A DNA stretch of 64,000 nucleotides. Origin: Paraphysomonas bandaiensis (lineage: Eukaryota > Protista > Chrysophyceae). Where the stretch lies: the NCBI GenBank assembly GCA_965644295.1, contig CBFFRP010000348.1, positions 1-64,000 of the forward strand. Reading direction: 5' to 3'. This document shows positions 35,404-47,680 of this stretch, in pieces. The position numbers were made by a program, and so were the translations under genes. The notes below the pieces were generated by a model. That model did not search any database. It had not been told where the DNA came from and saw only the letters and a program-made list of their open reading frames with translations. The stretch's first letter is position 1. The number at the start of each line of letters is the position of its first letter.

Positions 35404-36945
35404 ATGTCAATTTATACAAAGCCGAAAACAAGCAATAACGCTATTTTCAATGCAGAAAATCATAAACAGATAGAAACAGCAAGAGTAATATTAAATATGG
35501 CGGAATATGCAAGATTGGACAATGCTAAATTTACAGCGAACGTTGAAATCTTGAATGGTAATAACTTAACCATAAACAATGAACCCCAAACAGTTGCTTT
35601 CACAGATTCAAAAAACAATATGTTATTAGATATAAATACAAGATTATTAAACCTGACTGGAAATGAAATACAAACATTAGACGGTATAAATACCAATGAA
35701 ACTATACAATCACAATTAGATAATATTGTTTATAATTTGAACGGTCTTGGTGTTCTCCAAGATATAGACTTGATTAATATACCGAATTTGCAGATGGATG
35801 TAGCAAACTTACAAGCCCAAGATATAACATTACAGAACAATATTGATACTAAACATGATATAATAGATGTAAATAATAAGTTAGATTCTGGATTAGTTTA
35901 TGACTCGACAGAATTAAACACAATGGATAATATTATTTCTAGTTTGAAGACTCAAATAATAAGCAATGACGCTGATATAACAAACTTACAAAGTGATAAA
36001 CATGATTTAATAGATGTAAATAACAAGTTAGATTCTGGATTAGTTTATGACTCGACAGAATTAAACACAATGGATAATATTATTTCTAGTTTGAAGACTC
36101 AAATAATAAGCAATGACGCTGATATAACAAACTTACAAAGTGATAAACATGATTTAATAGATGTAAATAACAAGTTGGATTCTGGATTAGTTTATGACTC
36201 AACAGAACTAAACACAATGGATAATATTATTTCTAGTTTGAAGACTCAAATAATAAGCAATGACGCTGATATAACAAACTTACAAAGTGATAAACATGAT
36301 TTAATAGATGTAAATAACAAGTTGGATTCTGGATTAGTTTATGACTCAACAGAATTAAACACAATGGATAATATTATTTCTAGTTTGAAGACTCAAATAA
36401 TAAGCAATGACGCTGATATAACAAACTTACAAAGTGACAAACATGATTTAATAGATATGAATAATAAGTTAGATTCTGGATTAGTTTATGACTCCACATT
36501 TACTGATACAATTGATAACTTGCTAAGTACAATAGACGGCAATATTACAACACTTGAAAATACAAAATTGAATTTAACAGGCGGAACAATTACAGGAAAT
36601 ATAACAACTAAACAAATAAGCGAATCAATCAGCACAACATATACGTTTTCTTCAAATGTGTTGACATATAATTATAGCAATGGTTCAATTATATATTTCA
36701 ATGGGTTAACAAGTGATACAAATTTTGAACTTGATATAACGAATATTAATTCAAGTAACTTAACAAATACTTCTTTCACAGTGTCAGTTATAATAGACAC
36801 ATCAACATATAAGGCATATATAAACACTTTAAAAGTTAATGAATTACTTCGTCTGTACGCTCCCGGGGGAGTTTTAAACTCGTGTTATAACCGATCAGAT
36901 CTGATTCACGAGCCGAATAAGACCCCTGCTTCATACCAGGGATAG
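35404..36945 (+). CDS. Virion fibre-like protein with 49-aa tandem repeats; C-terminus chimeric/truncated
   Basis: Asn/Ile/Thr-rich, with coiled-coil segments, a KLNLTGGTITGNI fibre-type motif and a beta-rich distal region. Composition changes after about 36841, and the stop codon lies inside the hAT TIR. Confidence 0.6.
   Translation: MSIYTKPKTSNNAIFNAENHKQIETARVILNMAEYARLDNAKFTANVEILNGNNLTINNEPQTVAFTDSKNNMLLDINTRLLNLTGNEIQTLDGINTNETIQSQLDNIVYNLNGLGVLQDIDLINIPNLQMDVANLQAQDITLQNNIDTKHDIIDVNNKLDSGLVYDSTELNTMDNIISSLKTQIISNDADITNLQSDKHDLIDVNNKLDSGLVYDSTELNTMDNIISSLKTQIISNDADITNLQSDKHDLIDVNNKLDSGLVYDSTELNTMDNIISSLKTQIISNDADITNLQSDKHDLIDVNNKLDSGLVYDSTELNTMDNIISSLKTQIISNDADITNLQSDKHDLIDMNNKLDSGLVYDSTFTDTIDNLLSTIDGNITTLENTKLNLTGGTITGNITTKQISESISTTYTFSSNVLTYNYSNGSIIYFNGLTSDTNFELDITNINSSNLTNTSFTVSVIIDTSTYKAYINTLKVNELLRLYAPGGVLNSCYNRSDLIHEPNKTPASYQG
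35851..36497 (+). repeat. 147-bp coding tandem repeat, about 4.4 near-identical copies
   Basis: Units start at 35851, 35998, 36145, 36292 and 36439 (KHDLIDVNNKLDSGLVYDSTELNTMDNIISSLKTQIISNDADITNLQSD). Confidence 0.95.
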
Positions 36946-38575
36946 GGAACAATATATTGTATTGCAATATATTGTACAATATATTGCAATATATTGTAAA
37001 ATATATTGATTGGTGGACTGGTCAAATATTCCATCAATAGTGTTTCTGTTAATAGAGCTCACAATACTATTGCAATATATTGCAATCAATATTATGATAG
37101 TCATATAAGAGAAGATCCTCAACTGTATGGTGCAAAATATACGCCTCTGTATACAAATATCCGGAAAATAAGAAAAAAAGCCTATTTTTGATGTTATTTT
37201 CTATTTTTTATGTATCGCCAGCTCAAACAGCACTCTACACCTCTCCACATGTATGTACAGTACTTCTCTTAATATAGTATATATATCCTATAGTGACAAG
37301 AAGAGACAACTGAATGATGAGTGCATACAAGAGTAGGGACATTTACCGCTGTTTTTGGAGTCCGGTCGAAGGTGTCCCGAACAAACACGAGTGTAAAATC
37401 TGCGGACGTAAACGACAACAGAATATTCGGAATGGATACAACAATCTAAAGGATCACACTTTCTCTCATGATGTGTGGGAGGAGACATTGAAGAGGTATT
37501 TACGGGCTGTCTGCACCAATGGTCCCATGGATGCTTTTGTTCTGCAGCCTTCAGACAAGGCGAAAACAATTTATGAGTGGGTGGAGTGGATTGTCGAGGA
37601 AAATCTTCCATTAAATTTCTGTGAGAAGAAATTAACTAGAAATAAGACTTCTTTGGGTAAGATAACTACAAAAACACTGAAAAAATATATGAGACTGTTG
37701 GAACTGAAGCTACGTGATATGATTAAAGATATATTACCACCAACATTTGGTCTAGTCATGGACGGTTTATCAAGTGAATCTTTATGAATGCCGGAACATA
37801 TTTGATGGCTTATTGAGGGACTTTAGGCCAAAGTATCCACTATCTGCTTTACAGAAAAACAGTCCCATTGTTAATGATCCGAATTTCGAGAATGGAATTG
37901 CAAAACTCCAAGCAGGCGAAGAATTGGACTTGACAAGATCTGAGAAAGATGCTGTTAGAATATATCTCCGTTCAGACAGTGATTATTGCAACAATACAGA
38001 GGATGATGAAGCTGAAGTTGGCTATGCGGAAAAAATTCTTCAATCAGCTCAAAAACTTAAGAAGCGAAAAGTTGAAATATCTAAGTACAGGTGCACGAGT
38101 CATGTAGTATGTACTTCCAATACGTGTGAACGCCTGTTCAGCGCAGCAAAACTGATTATATCAGTGTTGCGCAAACGTATGCATCCTACTACACTTAATA
38201 TGCTGTTGTTTCTGAAAGCTAACCGACAGTTGTGGCCGGATGCAAGCATATTTCAATCAATATTGAATGAATATGGTGATGATGATGTCACCGATGATGG
38301 CTCAGAGGATGAGTATGAGGAAACTTTTAATTAGTTAAGAGTAGTGGGTTTGATTATCAAGTGACCTTAGACCTTATAAAATATGGCAAGTACTAAAAAT
38401 GAAAACTACGGATGTGTTTACTTACTGATTAGTCATACTAATATATTGCAATATATTGTACAATATATTGCAATATATTGCAATAGTATTGTAGGGCCGG
38501 TTTAAAAAATCCATCAATACTATTGATGGAACGCTACCTAACAATAGTATTGCAATATATTGTTCCCTATCCCTG
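36937..38575 (+). mobile_element. hAT DNA transposon, internally deleted (non-autonomous), 1639 bp
   Basis: 23-bp TIRs cagggatagggaacaatatattg / caatatattgttccctatccctg; perfect 8-bp TSD cttcatac (36929-36936 and 38576-38583); subterminal caatatattg arrays. Confidence 0.95.
37317..38334 (+). pseudogene. hAT transposase remnant: BED finger and C-terminal dimerisation domain, catalytic core deleted
   Basis: CKICG...GYNNLKDHTFSH (BED finger) up to FGLVMDG, then a frame change to TSNTCERLFSAAKLIISVLRKRMHPTTLNMLLFLKANRQLW. Confidence 0.88.
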
Positions 38576-38979
38576 CTTCATACCAACGTCATCTTGGAAA
38601 CTATGAGAACTGGAGAAATTCGAAGACTATATCAGAGAGAGAAGCTGCAACTATGTTTTCTCCATCCCTTGAACAGGGGTTTAGTAATTGTAGTTGCAAG
38701 GGTAAGTGCAACAGTAATAAATGTGTGTGCAAGAAGAATGGATTTCTCTGTAACTAGGTGCCACAAAAGCAATTTGCTTGCGTATTGTAACAAGTAGTTG
38801 GTGCCATAGTAAACTACAGACTACTACTTAACTGAGTAGAAAAACAACCTTAACAAGTAACATGAATCTTATTTGGTACTGGTTGCATGAATCTTATTAG
38901 CAACTAGTGATATATAAATCGCTATTTATTAACATCATCAGTACATCAGCTCTAAGTATTTTAGTAGCTATTTACCTTA

Positions 38980-39072
38980 ATATTGTGTCCACTGTCTGCA
39001 GATGATGATGATATACTGTTATTGTGTCCACTGTCTGCAGATGATGATGATATACTGTCTGCAGATGATATA
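38980..39072. repeat. Short tandem duplication within a patch of duplicated AT-rich blocks (about 38850-39480)
   Basis: tattgtgtccactgtctgcagatgatgatgatatactgt twice plus a partial copy; caagtaacatgaat...ctagtgatata recurs at about 38854 and 39250. Confidence 0.75.
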
Positions 39073-40324
39073 TGTAATGAATAGAGTGTAGAAAGCCTAT
39101 CACATAATAGTCATATTATTGAGTAGATCTTGATTCATATAGAGTCGATATTCATAATAATTGTACATATTCAAACATGGAATATGTACAAGCGAAAGCA
39201 TATACAATAGAGAGCTCATAGTATAAAATAACCCGATAGCTGGTTACTACAAGTAACATGAATATTATTTGCTACTAGTGATATAAACTAACATCACTAG
39301 TACATCAGTTATAACTAATGTAATCAGTTGTTATCGTACAGCCTATAAGGAGTATCCGCTGTCATCATATATGTAATGAATATAGAGTATCATCTGTACA
39401 ATAGTACTACATTAATTAAAAACATCAGTATATCAGTTATAAGTAATTTAGTCACTATTTACCTTGTTATCGTGTCCACTGTATGGGGAAGTGGACCAAC
39501 TAATGTCCCCCAGGGACACAGCACTCTGCAGTTGATGTAACGCACATACTGGAAGAATTCCTCACCACGGGTTAATGGCACCGTCGAAGATCCGATGCGA
39601 ACTTACTCACAGACATTGGTTCAAAGCTAGGAGATATTACAGACCCCAACCACCAATGGGACCTACATCAATACATCCTCAGGCGAGACAGCACGTACGC
39701 TACACAAACGCAGCGAGACCCGCAGTATTGGACCCGCAGTGGAACGAGGCTCCCACACAAACTCCATCCAATCCGCACCCATAACTCCCCTAACACTACA
39801 TCTCTTTTCCAGACCGCATACGCGAAACGGTATACGTCTGGAACAAATCCTATGCAATGGGAAGAAATCGAGTCAAAAGCAAAACCGGGAATGACCAGAC
39901 AACAGCTGCCGCATGCATAGACTGTAGAATCACCAATCAGAGAATATGACAAACCAAGTTAGTAAGACTATAGATATATACATAGCTTCTAGTCACAACC
40001 GTTCCCATGTAAAAATAAGATATTCTTATGTCTTATCCATGCTCTCATGAAGAAGGAAGTAGCACTGAAGGGGGATACAGATATCTATCTTGATACTGAA
40101 GGCTGGTAGGCTGGAATAGCATCTTGTGGGCTAATAATCAGGAGCTCTTATGATCATAGTATGAGATGCTGTCTGCTGATATCATACGCTGGGAATCCGA
40201 GTGGACTTGCTGTATACTTGACTGTATTTCCCGTATATCGTTTCCTTTCAACATCATCAAACCAGTCGATGAACTGGCACCTGCCAGTTCATCGACTGGT
40301 TTATTTTTCTCACGGGTCGTAACA

Positions 40325-40453
40325 CATACATACATACATACATACACATACATACATACATACATACATACATACATACATACATACATACATACATACA
40401 TACATACATACATACATACATACATACATACATACATACATACATACATACAT
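40325..40453. repeat. (ATAC)n microsatellite
   Basis: Seen directly. Confidence 0.97.
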
Positions 40454-40699
40454 CACTCGTACTACAGTGTATCCATATGGTATACATAAGTATACAAGTG
40501 TATCGTGCAGTATGAGTATACCATATGGGCATGCTATGGAGTATCGTGTAGAGAAGTATATACAGCTGTAGGAGTTCCTAGTTTCAGTATCATCAAATTG
40601 AAAGGGCTTCATGATTGTTGTGGAGCTACAGCATCATGCAACACCATGTCGAACAATGAGTTCTAAGCACTATCCAGTGCTTGTGACTGATATCATACA

Positions 40700-41614
40700 A
40701 TGACAGTGTTGATTGGTGCATTGAGATATAACGGCACCCCTTATAGGGTGCAGGGGGTGGCTCGCAGATATCTTTTCAGTGGAGTGTTCCATGACGGAGA
40801 CAACTTCAGTGTATTTGTTAATGAACTACAGAATTCTTTTAAGGACTATAGCGATGGAAAGTTTCGACTGATACAGGATGCCGATAGGGGTCATCTGCAA
40901 TTGCATTGGGATGTACCTACAGGATCTCCCGAACTCCCATTCTCTGTTGACTTTACCACTACTAGATTCCAACGAAGGGCTCGGAGTGCACACGGAGAGC
41001 TACTTTATAAAGCGACTGGACTCCATAAAAAGAAGTCAAAGACAGCTCAGAGTAACAACATATGGGACTTTACCGGCGGCATTGGCAGAGATGCCTACAT
41101 TCTGGCAGCTGCAGGTTGTAAAGTAACCATATTCGAGAGGAACCCTGTGCTCTTTGCTCTATTATACGACGGCATATTGCGGCTACGTAGAATGGAGGAT
41201 ATACGAGATAGAACTAGTCGAATATCCGACCGCATGTGTGTATTTCACATGGACTCGACTGGAATCGCTGCGATGCCTCATCAATCTCATGACTTCTTGA
41301 ATATTTGTGGTCCTCCTGCTGTAGTGTACTTAGATCCAATGTATTCAACTGACGCCACAGCTCGCAGGAAGTCTAAGGTGAAAAAGGAAACTCAAATTCT
41401 TCAACGCTTACAGGCCCTGCATGGTATGTCCGTGATTGACGAAGAAAAGAATAATAGCGCTTTGTTTAAAACTGCTATGCAAATAGCGTCGGATCGTGTT
41501 GTAGTGAAAAGAGAAATCAATGCGACTCAAATATGTTCTGACCCTTTACCAGACATTGTTTATAGCGGATCAACTCAGAGATTCGATGTTTATCTACGTC
41601 GTGGCAAGAGCTAA
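40700..41614 (+). CDS. rsmJ: RsmJ/YhiQ-like SAM-dependent rRNA methyltransferase
   Basis: IWDFTGGIGRDAYILAAAGCKVTIFERNP, VVYLDPMY, RVVVKR and RFDVY. There may be a short upstream exon. Confidence 0.85.
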   Translation: MTVLIGALRYNGTPYRVQGVARRYLFSGVFHDGDNFSVFVNELQNSFKDYSDGKFRLIQDADRGHLQLHWDVPTGSPELPFSVDFTTTRFQRRARSAHGELLYKATGLHKKKSKTAQSNNIWDFTGGIGRDAYILAAAGCKVTIFERNPVLFALLYDGILRLRRMEDIRDRTSRISDRMCVFHMDSTGIAAMPHQSHDFLNICGPPAVVYLDPMYSTDATARRKSKVKKETQILQRLQALHGMSVIDEEKNNSALFKTAMQIASDRVVVKREINATQICSDPLPDIVYSGSTQRFDVYLRRGKS

Positions 41615-42135
41615 CGAAAGCATATCTCATGATTTTGATTGCGTCCGTATATTTTGTAAATTTATTACTACTTAAATTGTCATTTATGTATTTCATTTAG
41701 TTCGGAATTATGGTTACCAAATAGGAAATATCTTAGATCGTACATACTTGAAGTATGATGTTATCCATTTCGTTCAAGTAATATTTTTTTTTTAACAATT
41801 GAGGAAAATCTACCACGAATTCTGTTCGCGCTTGAACTGCATTTCAAATAACTTAATACCACGTACATGAAGAGATGAACGATACACACATAGCACCCAC
41901 AAAACAGCACAAAAGTATGTGTGGTATGTATGTGGCTGTATATCCAAAACTATTCGATAATGAATACGTTTTGCCAAGAATAAGGTTGTATGTTATCCAA
42001 TCAATATGTGAATATTGAATATCAAAGGCTAATTACATATATTATACTACTCTGCTACCGTTCATTGTTCTTAAGTACCAGCATCACATACACATACTGC
42101 TCTATACATAATACATAATATATGCTACATAACTC

Positions 42136-43732
42136 CTAAAATTTCGAATCCGGAAGTATAATTTCAACTTCTTCCTTTAATTCACTCAGACATATCTGTA
42201 CAATAGCACCAAGTCAGAGGCCATTTTCATTAGAAATATTCCTTACCTCTTGTAGCTTCAGTTTCATCATATGGAGCTGGGAGCGCACTTCATTGTGGTG
42301 AGATTTGGCATCGTTGTACATTTCTATTTTCTTTTCGTACGACTCTGTTGCTTTCTTGAAATTCAGTCGTAACTTCACCAGCTCTTTGTATCTCTTGTCA
42401 AACTCAGGGGTTGTGGATCTAACTTCTACATGTAAGGGTCAAAACAGTCGCAGGAATGCATGAAATTTGTCACTATCACACCTATATCACAGACTCGTGT
42501 CCTCCAATCGTCCAAGTAAGCCGCAAACAGCTCGATGTCAAACATTTCGATTCCAACGACTACATCGTCGGGAATCTCGGCGAAAAGCTGTGCTCTTCGA
42601 CTGAAAGGAATCGACTATGAGACGACGTATTCAACTGTTAACAGATGTTAAGCACTTACTTGACAGCAGGCGGCGCATTAGCTTGGGGAGGATTCTTGAT
42701 CACTGCCTGCAACTCAAGCACCGACGATGCAAAATTCTCCATGGCAGACCTATCACCAGGCAGGCAGGTCATAACATAGTTGAGCAAGAAGGGCATTGTT
42801 ACTTGTGACAGCAGCGCGCCAGCAATTCTCCTGTGGGGCAGTCCAGAAGAGGCAACAGTGACCGGGACCAAACAGACTCTCTCCTTACTACAGCGTGTTT
42901 ACTGATTATTTTGGCAGCCTGTCTGAGAGCCTTCAGCATCTCCCCTACTTCTGCTTCTATGAACTCTGCTTCCTTTTTGCAGGTCGCTATCTGTACGAAT
43001 AACGGCGCAGACCTAGCTGAGGCGTAAGCACTCTCGGCTCCCATTACCATTTGTGTTGCAGCGTACATATCTGCCGAGTCGTTTACTGAAGGTAGCTGAG
43101 AGTACTTGTTCAACAGAGAGGCCAGCGGACCATGAACCTGCGATTTGATTTCGGACAAGTAACTACAGCTGATTAATTGTTTCGACTTCAGATATTCTAA
43201 CGCGTCCGCCTCGGCAAGAAGAGTGCTGACAACATTGCGCAGTGACAGAGTTGTCACTTCATTGTGGAGATCTGCTCGACTGAATTTCACAGTTGGCTCG
43301 AACTCTTCGGCTGGCCGCAATTTCTTCCGTATCTTTTGTATAAACTCATCTATAAACTCGCTGTGTGGAAGCATGGGGGGTGCCGTGCCAAATCTACATA
43401 ACAACTACTTATAAGTTTGAAAGAGCTATCTCTTAAACACGTACTGAGACAGGAGAGAATCGACTTGATCGACTATCTTGAGCTTCCTGTTACTCTGATT
43501 AGAGTGTCGAGGAGACCCTCCACTTCTACACACACATATCATCACATATCTCTAACGAACACACAACTCTCTTACTGTGGAAACTTATTCCCATGTGATT
43601 TAATGAAGTTAAGTATCCCGAACATGAATGAGAGGGTGTCGTTCAGCTGTCTTAACTCAAACGATAGACACTTAGCCAGCTGGAACTCGAACCACGGGAC
43701 AAATGACGACATTTCAACGGTAGTGCTTGGCA
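42136..43732 (-). CDS. Uncharacterised multi-exon helical/coiled-coil protein
   Basis: A chain of minus-strand coding segments with GT-AG boundaries (including 43572-43732 and 42799-43404), ending ELKEEVEIILPDSKF* near 42136. No family was recognised. Confidence 0.55.
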
Positions 43733-44144
43733 TGGATGCTGTGATTGCGATAATCACCGCCCTGCTCGTGAGATATCGATATGTTGAGAGGTATGTAAGT
43801 GACTGCATATTACAGCATGACACACCTAGCAGCATCATGCATACACATACATATACAGTACATACACTGTATATACTGGAGTACAGCAGTACACGTACAG
43901 CAGTTTATATATATATATGTAGACTATTGCTGTATACCGCACAAAAAACCATATAAAAAGTGGAAAAAAATCAGCTTAAAAGGACAAAAATACCTGAAAA
44001 TATCTGTGCCGGTCCTCTCAATGCATGCACAGATCGGCTCATCTCACTGGCATGCATTCATAGAGATGATAGCAGTGCATGCATAAGATGACACTGCAGT
44101 GAATGATTTTGTCATTGGTAGAACATATCTCTGTATAGATAGGG

Positions 44145-45308
44145 ATGGATACTAAGGACTTGTTCTCATGTTTATCTGAAGATAACGCCAAGTTGATTAT
44201 ACCGGATGATGTGGTCATGGACGACATTGAGGACGAGCGCACTGCTGATGGATATGCAAAGTTGCAACAGCGTGTGATAATTCGTAGAAATGGAGATATA
44301 AAGTGCGGAGTGATCAGTGCTTATAATCCGATCACTGAGGAGCACACAGTCCTTCTCGATAATGGACTCAAGGAAACGTTTATATTACGGATTGAGCAGG
44401 TGTGTATTGATTGTATGAACTCTTTATATGTGGGTTATGCTGTGCAGTATGAGGTGGTGCCAACTATCAGAGCTGCGAAGAAGCGCCCGCGGGTGTGGTA
44501 TGGTCAGGATGAACCACAAGACGACTTCTCGCTTCCAGAACACCGACTCTTTAATTCATTGGTCCTTGGCTACAATCGGGCTAGAAACAGTTCTCTCAAG
44601 CGAAAGAGTACGTCATCGCCATCGGTAGAACAAACCACAGACTACTCTATATTCGGCGGCCTTCTCTCCTGCCCCTCTTCATTACGTGACACATGTCGGG
44701 CCGCAATTATGAACATGCTGCGATTGCCACTTCCCAGGAACTATAAATACAAGCACTACTCCAATAATTACGTGATATGGGGCGGATATCACAACGAGAT
44801 ACCATACCGTATGACTTGCAAGACTATCGTTGATGTGATTGGACAGGAGGTAATGGATGGAGGGGAAGCGTTGCCGAACAGATTTATTAGGTCAGCTCTT
44901 TTTGATCTTATTGCAGAAGGTGGATTGAGAGTGGAAGATGAAAAAAGAAATGTAGTCCGTCTTAATTTGGATAGCGGGAAGGATATACCCATTAAGTACT
45001 CTATCTGCTATCCTGCCTCGACGAAGGAGGTGAAAGCACATATTGCGGCTGATGAGGACATTATAAAAGAGCTTGAGGTGCTGTACATGTCCCTTATTCC
45101 CGAAACTGGAGATAGATGCCTTATATCAATCAACAAAGAGTTTGCAGCAGCTCTGGATGAAGGGAGGTGCGGGGCTTTGGTGAGGCGGTACCCGTCGGCT
45201 CTTTTCGGAGACGTCCCACTTCAGGTAAATGTACAATACATATGGGTTTCATGGCATAACGAACTGGTAGTATTATGTGCCCCCACGTCACCGATGGAAA
45301 AAGTTTAA
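44145..45308 (+). CDS. Uncharacterised protein with possible N-terminal Tudor-like domain
   Basis: 387-aa frame. CGVISAYNPITEEHTVLLDNGLKETFIL resembles a Tudor-like barrel. Probable introns at about 44400-44447 and after 45224. Confidence 0.6.
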   Translation: MDTKDLFSCLSEDNAKLIIPDDVVMDDIEDERTADGYAKLQQRVIIRRNGDIKCGVISAYNPITEEHTVLLDNGLKETFILRIEQVCIDCMNSLYVGYAVQYEVVPTIRAAKKRPRVWYGQDEPQDDFSLPEHRLFNSLVLGYNRARNSSLKRKSTSSPSVEQTTDYSIFGGLLSCPSSLRDTCRAAIMNMLRLPLPRNYKYKHYSNNYVIWGGYHNEIPYRMTCKTIVDVIGQEVMDGGEALPNRFIRSALFDLIAEGGLRVEDEKRNVVRLNLDSGKDIPIKYSICYPASTKEVKAHIAADEDIIKELEVLYMSLIPETGDRCLISINKEFAAALDEGRCGALVRRYPSALFGDVPLQVNVQYIWVSWHNELVVLCAPTSPMEKV

Positions 45309-46444
45309 GTGGTGTGAAATGCTTGATTTGAATTTGTTTTCATATCACATGAGAGATCGACGCTTCATTGAAATACACGATATGAGAGTTACAAGGTAAG
45401 ATTTCTATTACATTTCGTATTATTGTATTGCTTACCACACACCACACACAGGAGAGATATAATTACCAGGCGTAGAAGCAAGCGTTATAGTAAGAGTAAT
45501 ACGTAGACTAAATTGTGTATTTATGGCACTCCACTTGTTTATAAGAAGAATATGTATTTATTGGCCATTTCCATACTTTCCATTTAATATATTAGGTTGT
45601 GAAATGGAGTGTAATGGCTTCTAATGCACCGTGGCATTTATCAGTCAGGTTAGTCAAATAAGCCTAGTGAATTGCGGGATGCGCCATGGGCATTGGAGAA
45701 GAATTACTATTTGCCTCTGGGTGAATGGTATTCTTCGTTTGTAGAATGATATCGATTTGAACGATGCAGAGCTGAGGAATATTCGCTATTGTGTACGATT
45801 ACGAATAATTTCATAAGGTACATTGCACGAAAATGCGTAGTGGTATAATGTATTAGCGATACTAGATAAGAAATTCGAAATTGACGTATCGTGTCTAGAG
45901 AAGATGTTTTAGATAATAGATGTTGGAAGTAAGTGTCAGCCTAAAAGTCACAAGTCACAACTCTCAATTAGAGTACGAATATATATTTATAGAGTTTCAA
46001 AGACTTTAACTTCTTATACCAAGATTTAACTGTTTTCTAACAAGATAGAAACACACTTACATGTTATGATGATTATATATAGTGAATAAACGAATAAACT
46101 GGAAATTCTGTTACAATATATTTTGCTAAATACAACATTTATCGTTTATAGTCTTTATATATTATATATTATATATTATCAGTGGGCTTACTGCTTGCAT
46201 GCAACAAGGGGTACAGGACAATATATTGGTATAACGTTGTGTCAATACCAATAGTGGAACCTTTGCTCTGATAAAGCAACACTTATTGCAGTGGTGCAAA
46301 CCCAATATATAGGGTAATCAACTTATAACTTATAATACGTAGAAACAAGCTATAACTCCCCAAGGTGTAAAGAAGCCAATATTATATTACTGATAACAAA
46401 ATCTTTATGAGAACTTACACCATATACCCAAACATAGAGCACGG

Positions 46445-47680
46445 TTAAACTTTTTCAGTATTGGGTCTTTCTTTTAGAATATCAACTATTTCAATTTCCC
46501 GATCCTTTTTCCACATATAACTGATAATTAACTCGTCAAAAGGAAGCAGCCTGATTACACCGTGCTCCGAGTCTACGATTGCCTTTTTTGTTTGGAATTT
46601 GCTCCTAACATCAGCTTCAAGTGTTTCCACTGCCCCTGCAAAACATATGTCAGGGAAAACGCATCTAGATCGATCAGTGAGTACCACTCCAAAAGCCATC
46701 AGGGTCGTTCTTATAAAGATTACAGATCTTGAAGAGGTCCTTACTACTTTCTCGCACTCCAGGTCGAATAGTAACAACATTACGAGTTGTAACTGTGTCC
46801 GCTATCCAATCAGGCACGCGACAATCTGGTAGTGTATCGTACTGCGGCACGTATGGCTGCACAGTGCTGTGAGATGAGCGTCATCATTGGCTCTCACGAC
46901 ATGAATCTCACCTTGATATCCAGTACGGGTGTGCCGTGCACCAAATCACATGCACTTAAGCGCAAGCATCTATTTTTCTTGTCTACAGCCTCGATCCGAG
47001 CTAGAGTAACCCCAAGGGGATTGGGTCTGTGAGGTGACCTGGTGGACAACACCCCCACCTTCTTTTTTAGCATCTGTACACACGTTACAGATATACATAT
47101 CGCAAATCAAAACACATACAGGAGGAGTTATTTTAGCCGTGAAAGTAAAGCGCTTACTATCTTCTACAACCCCGGCGAATGCTTTTGCTTCTTTGAGTAC
47201 GTTAGTGTTGAGATGGAATTGGAAGGTGAGCCAAACATGGCTGAAGGATTCAAGTCCATCCAGCGACTCTATAACTCAGTAAGCAAACCAAAGGTCTTTA
47301 AATGTGATATAAATTTTACCAGGAGACATGTTCGGAGTTAAGTTGATTACGGCTCTACTCGCAGGAGCCAGCTGTCCCTGTCGGGGGGTGCCGATGCACT
47401 GCTTATAGCACGACTCTATAGTGCCAATAGGCTGTACGAAAAACCCTTCAGATGTATTCAGCTGAATCTTAGCTAAGTTTCTCATTTCTTGTTCTACTCT
47501 AGCTCTTCCTCGTCTCTCGCCCCAGTAAGCGGTCTCCATACGCTTGTATCGCCTGTAGCTCCTGCACAGCTCCCATGTTGTGACTTGTATCACAGCCAGG
47601 AATATACCAGCAGAAACATCACTGATTGTATCAGACATTATCAGATTACTATAGTCTCCTGATGGCTGGTTATCTTGCAC
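46445..47680 (-). CDS. TRMO: tRNA m6t6A37 methyltransferase TrmO/TsaA (UPF0066), multi-exon
   Basis: PIGTIESCYKQCIGTPRQG, LDGLESFSHVWLTFQFHLN, GVLSTRSPHRPNPLGVT and LVHGTPVLDIK|PYVPQYD. Confidence 0.88.

Larger units (their letters stand above)
33550..36841 (+). mobile_element. Endogenous DNA-virus-like island (Polinton-like virus/virophage-type fragment)
   Basis: Abrupt very AT-rich block with two intronless Asn/Ile/Lys-rich ORFs (HNH endonuclease and a fibre-like repeat protein), palindromes and tandem repeats. No capsid, packaging ATPase or polymerase gene is seen, so the class is inferred. Confidence 0.6.
36842..38797 (+). pseudogene. C-terminal fragment of a KRBA2/Ginger-type integrase with a Cys-rich (CXC-like) tail, split by the hAT insertion
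   Basis: Removing the hAT and one TSD copy restores a single frame: ...GVLNSCYNRSDLIHEPNKTPASY|QRHLGNYENWRNSKTISEREAA...QGFSNCSCKGKCNSNKCVCKKNGFLCN. The family call is from motif recall. Confidence 0.55.

Noticed and set aside
35851-36497. Regular repeats as a possible CRISPR array
   Set aside because: The 147-bp units are contiguous, in frame and have no unique spacers. There are no cas genes and the context is eukaryotic.
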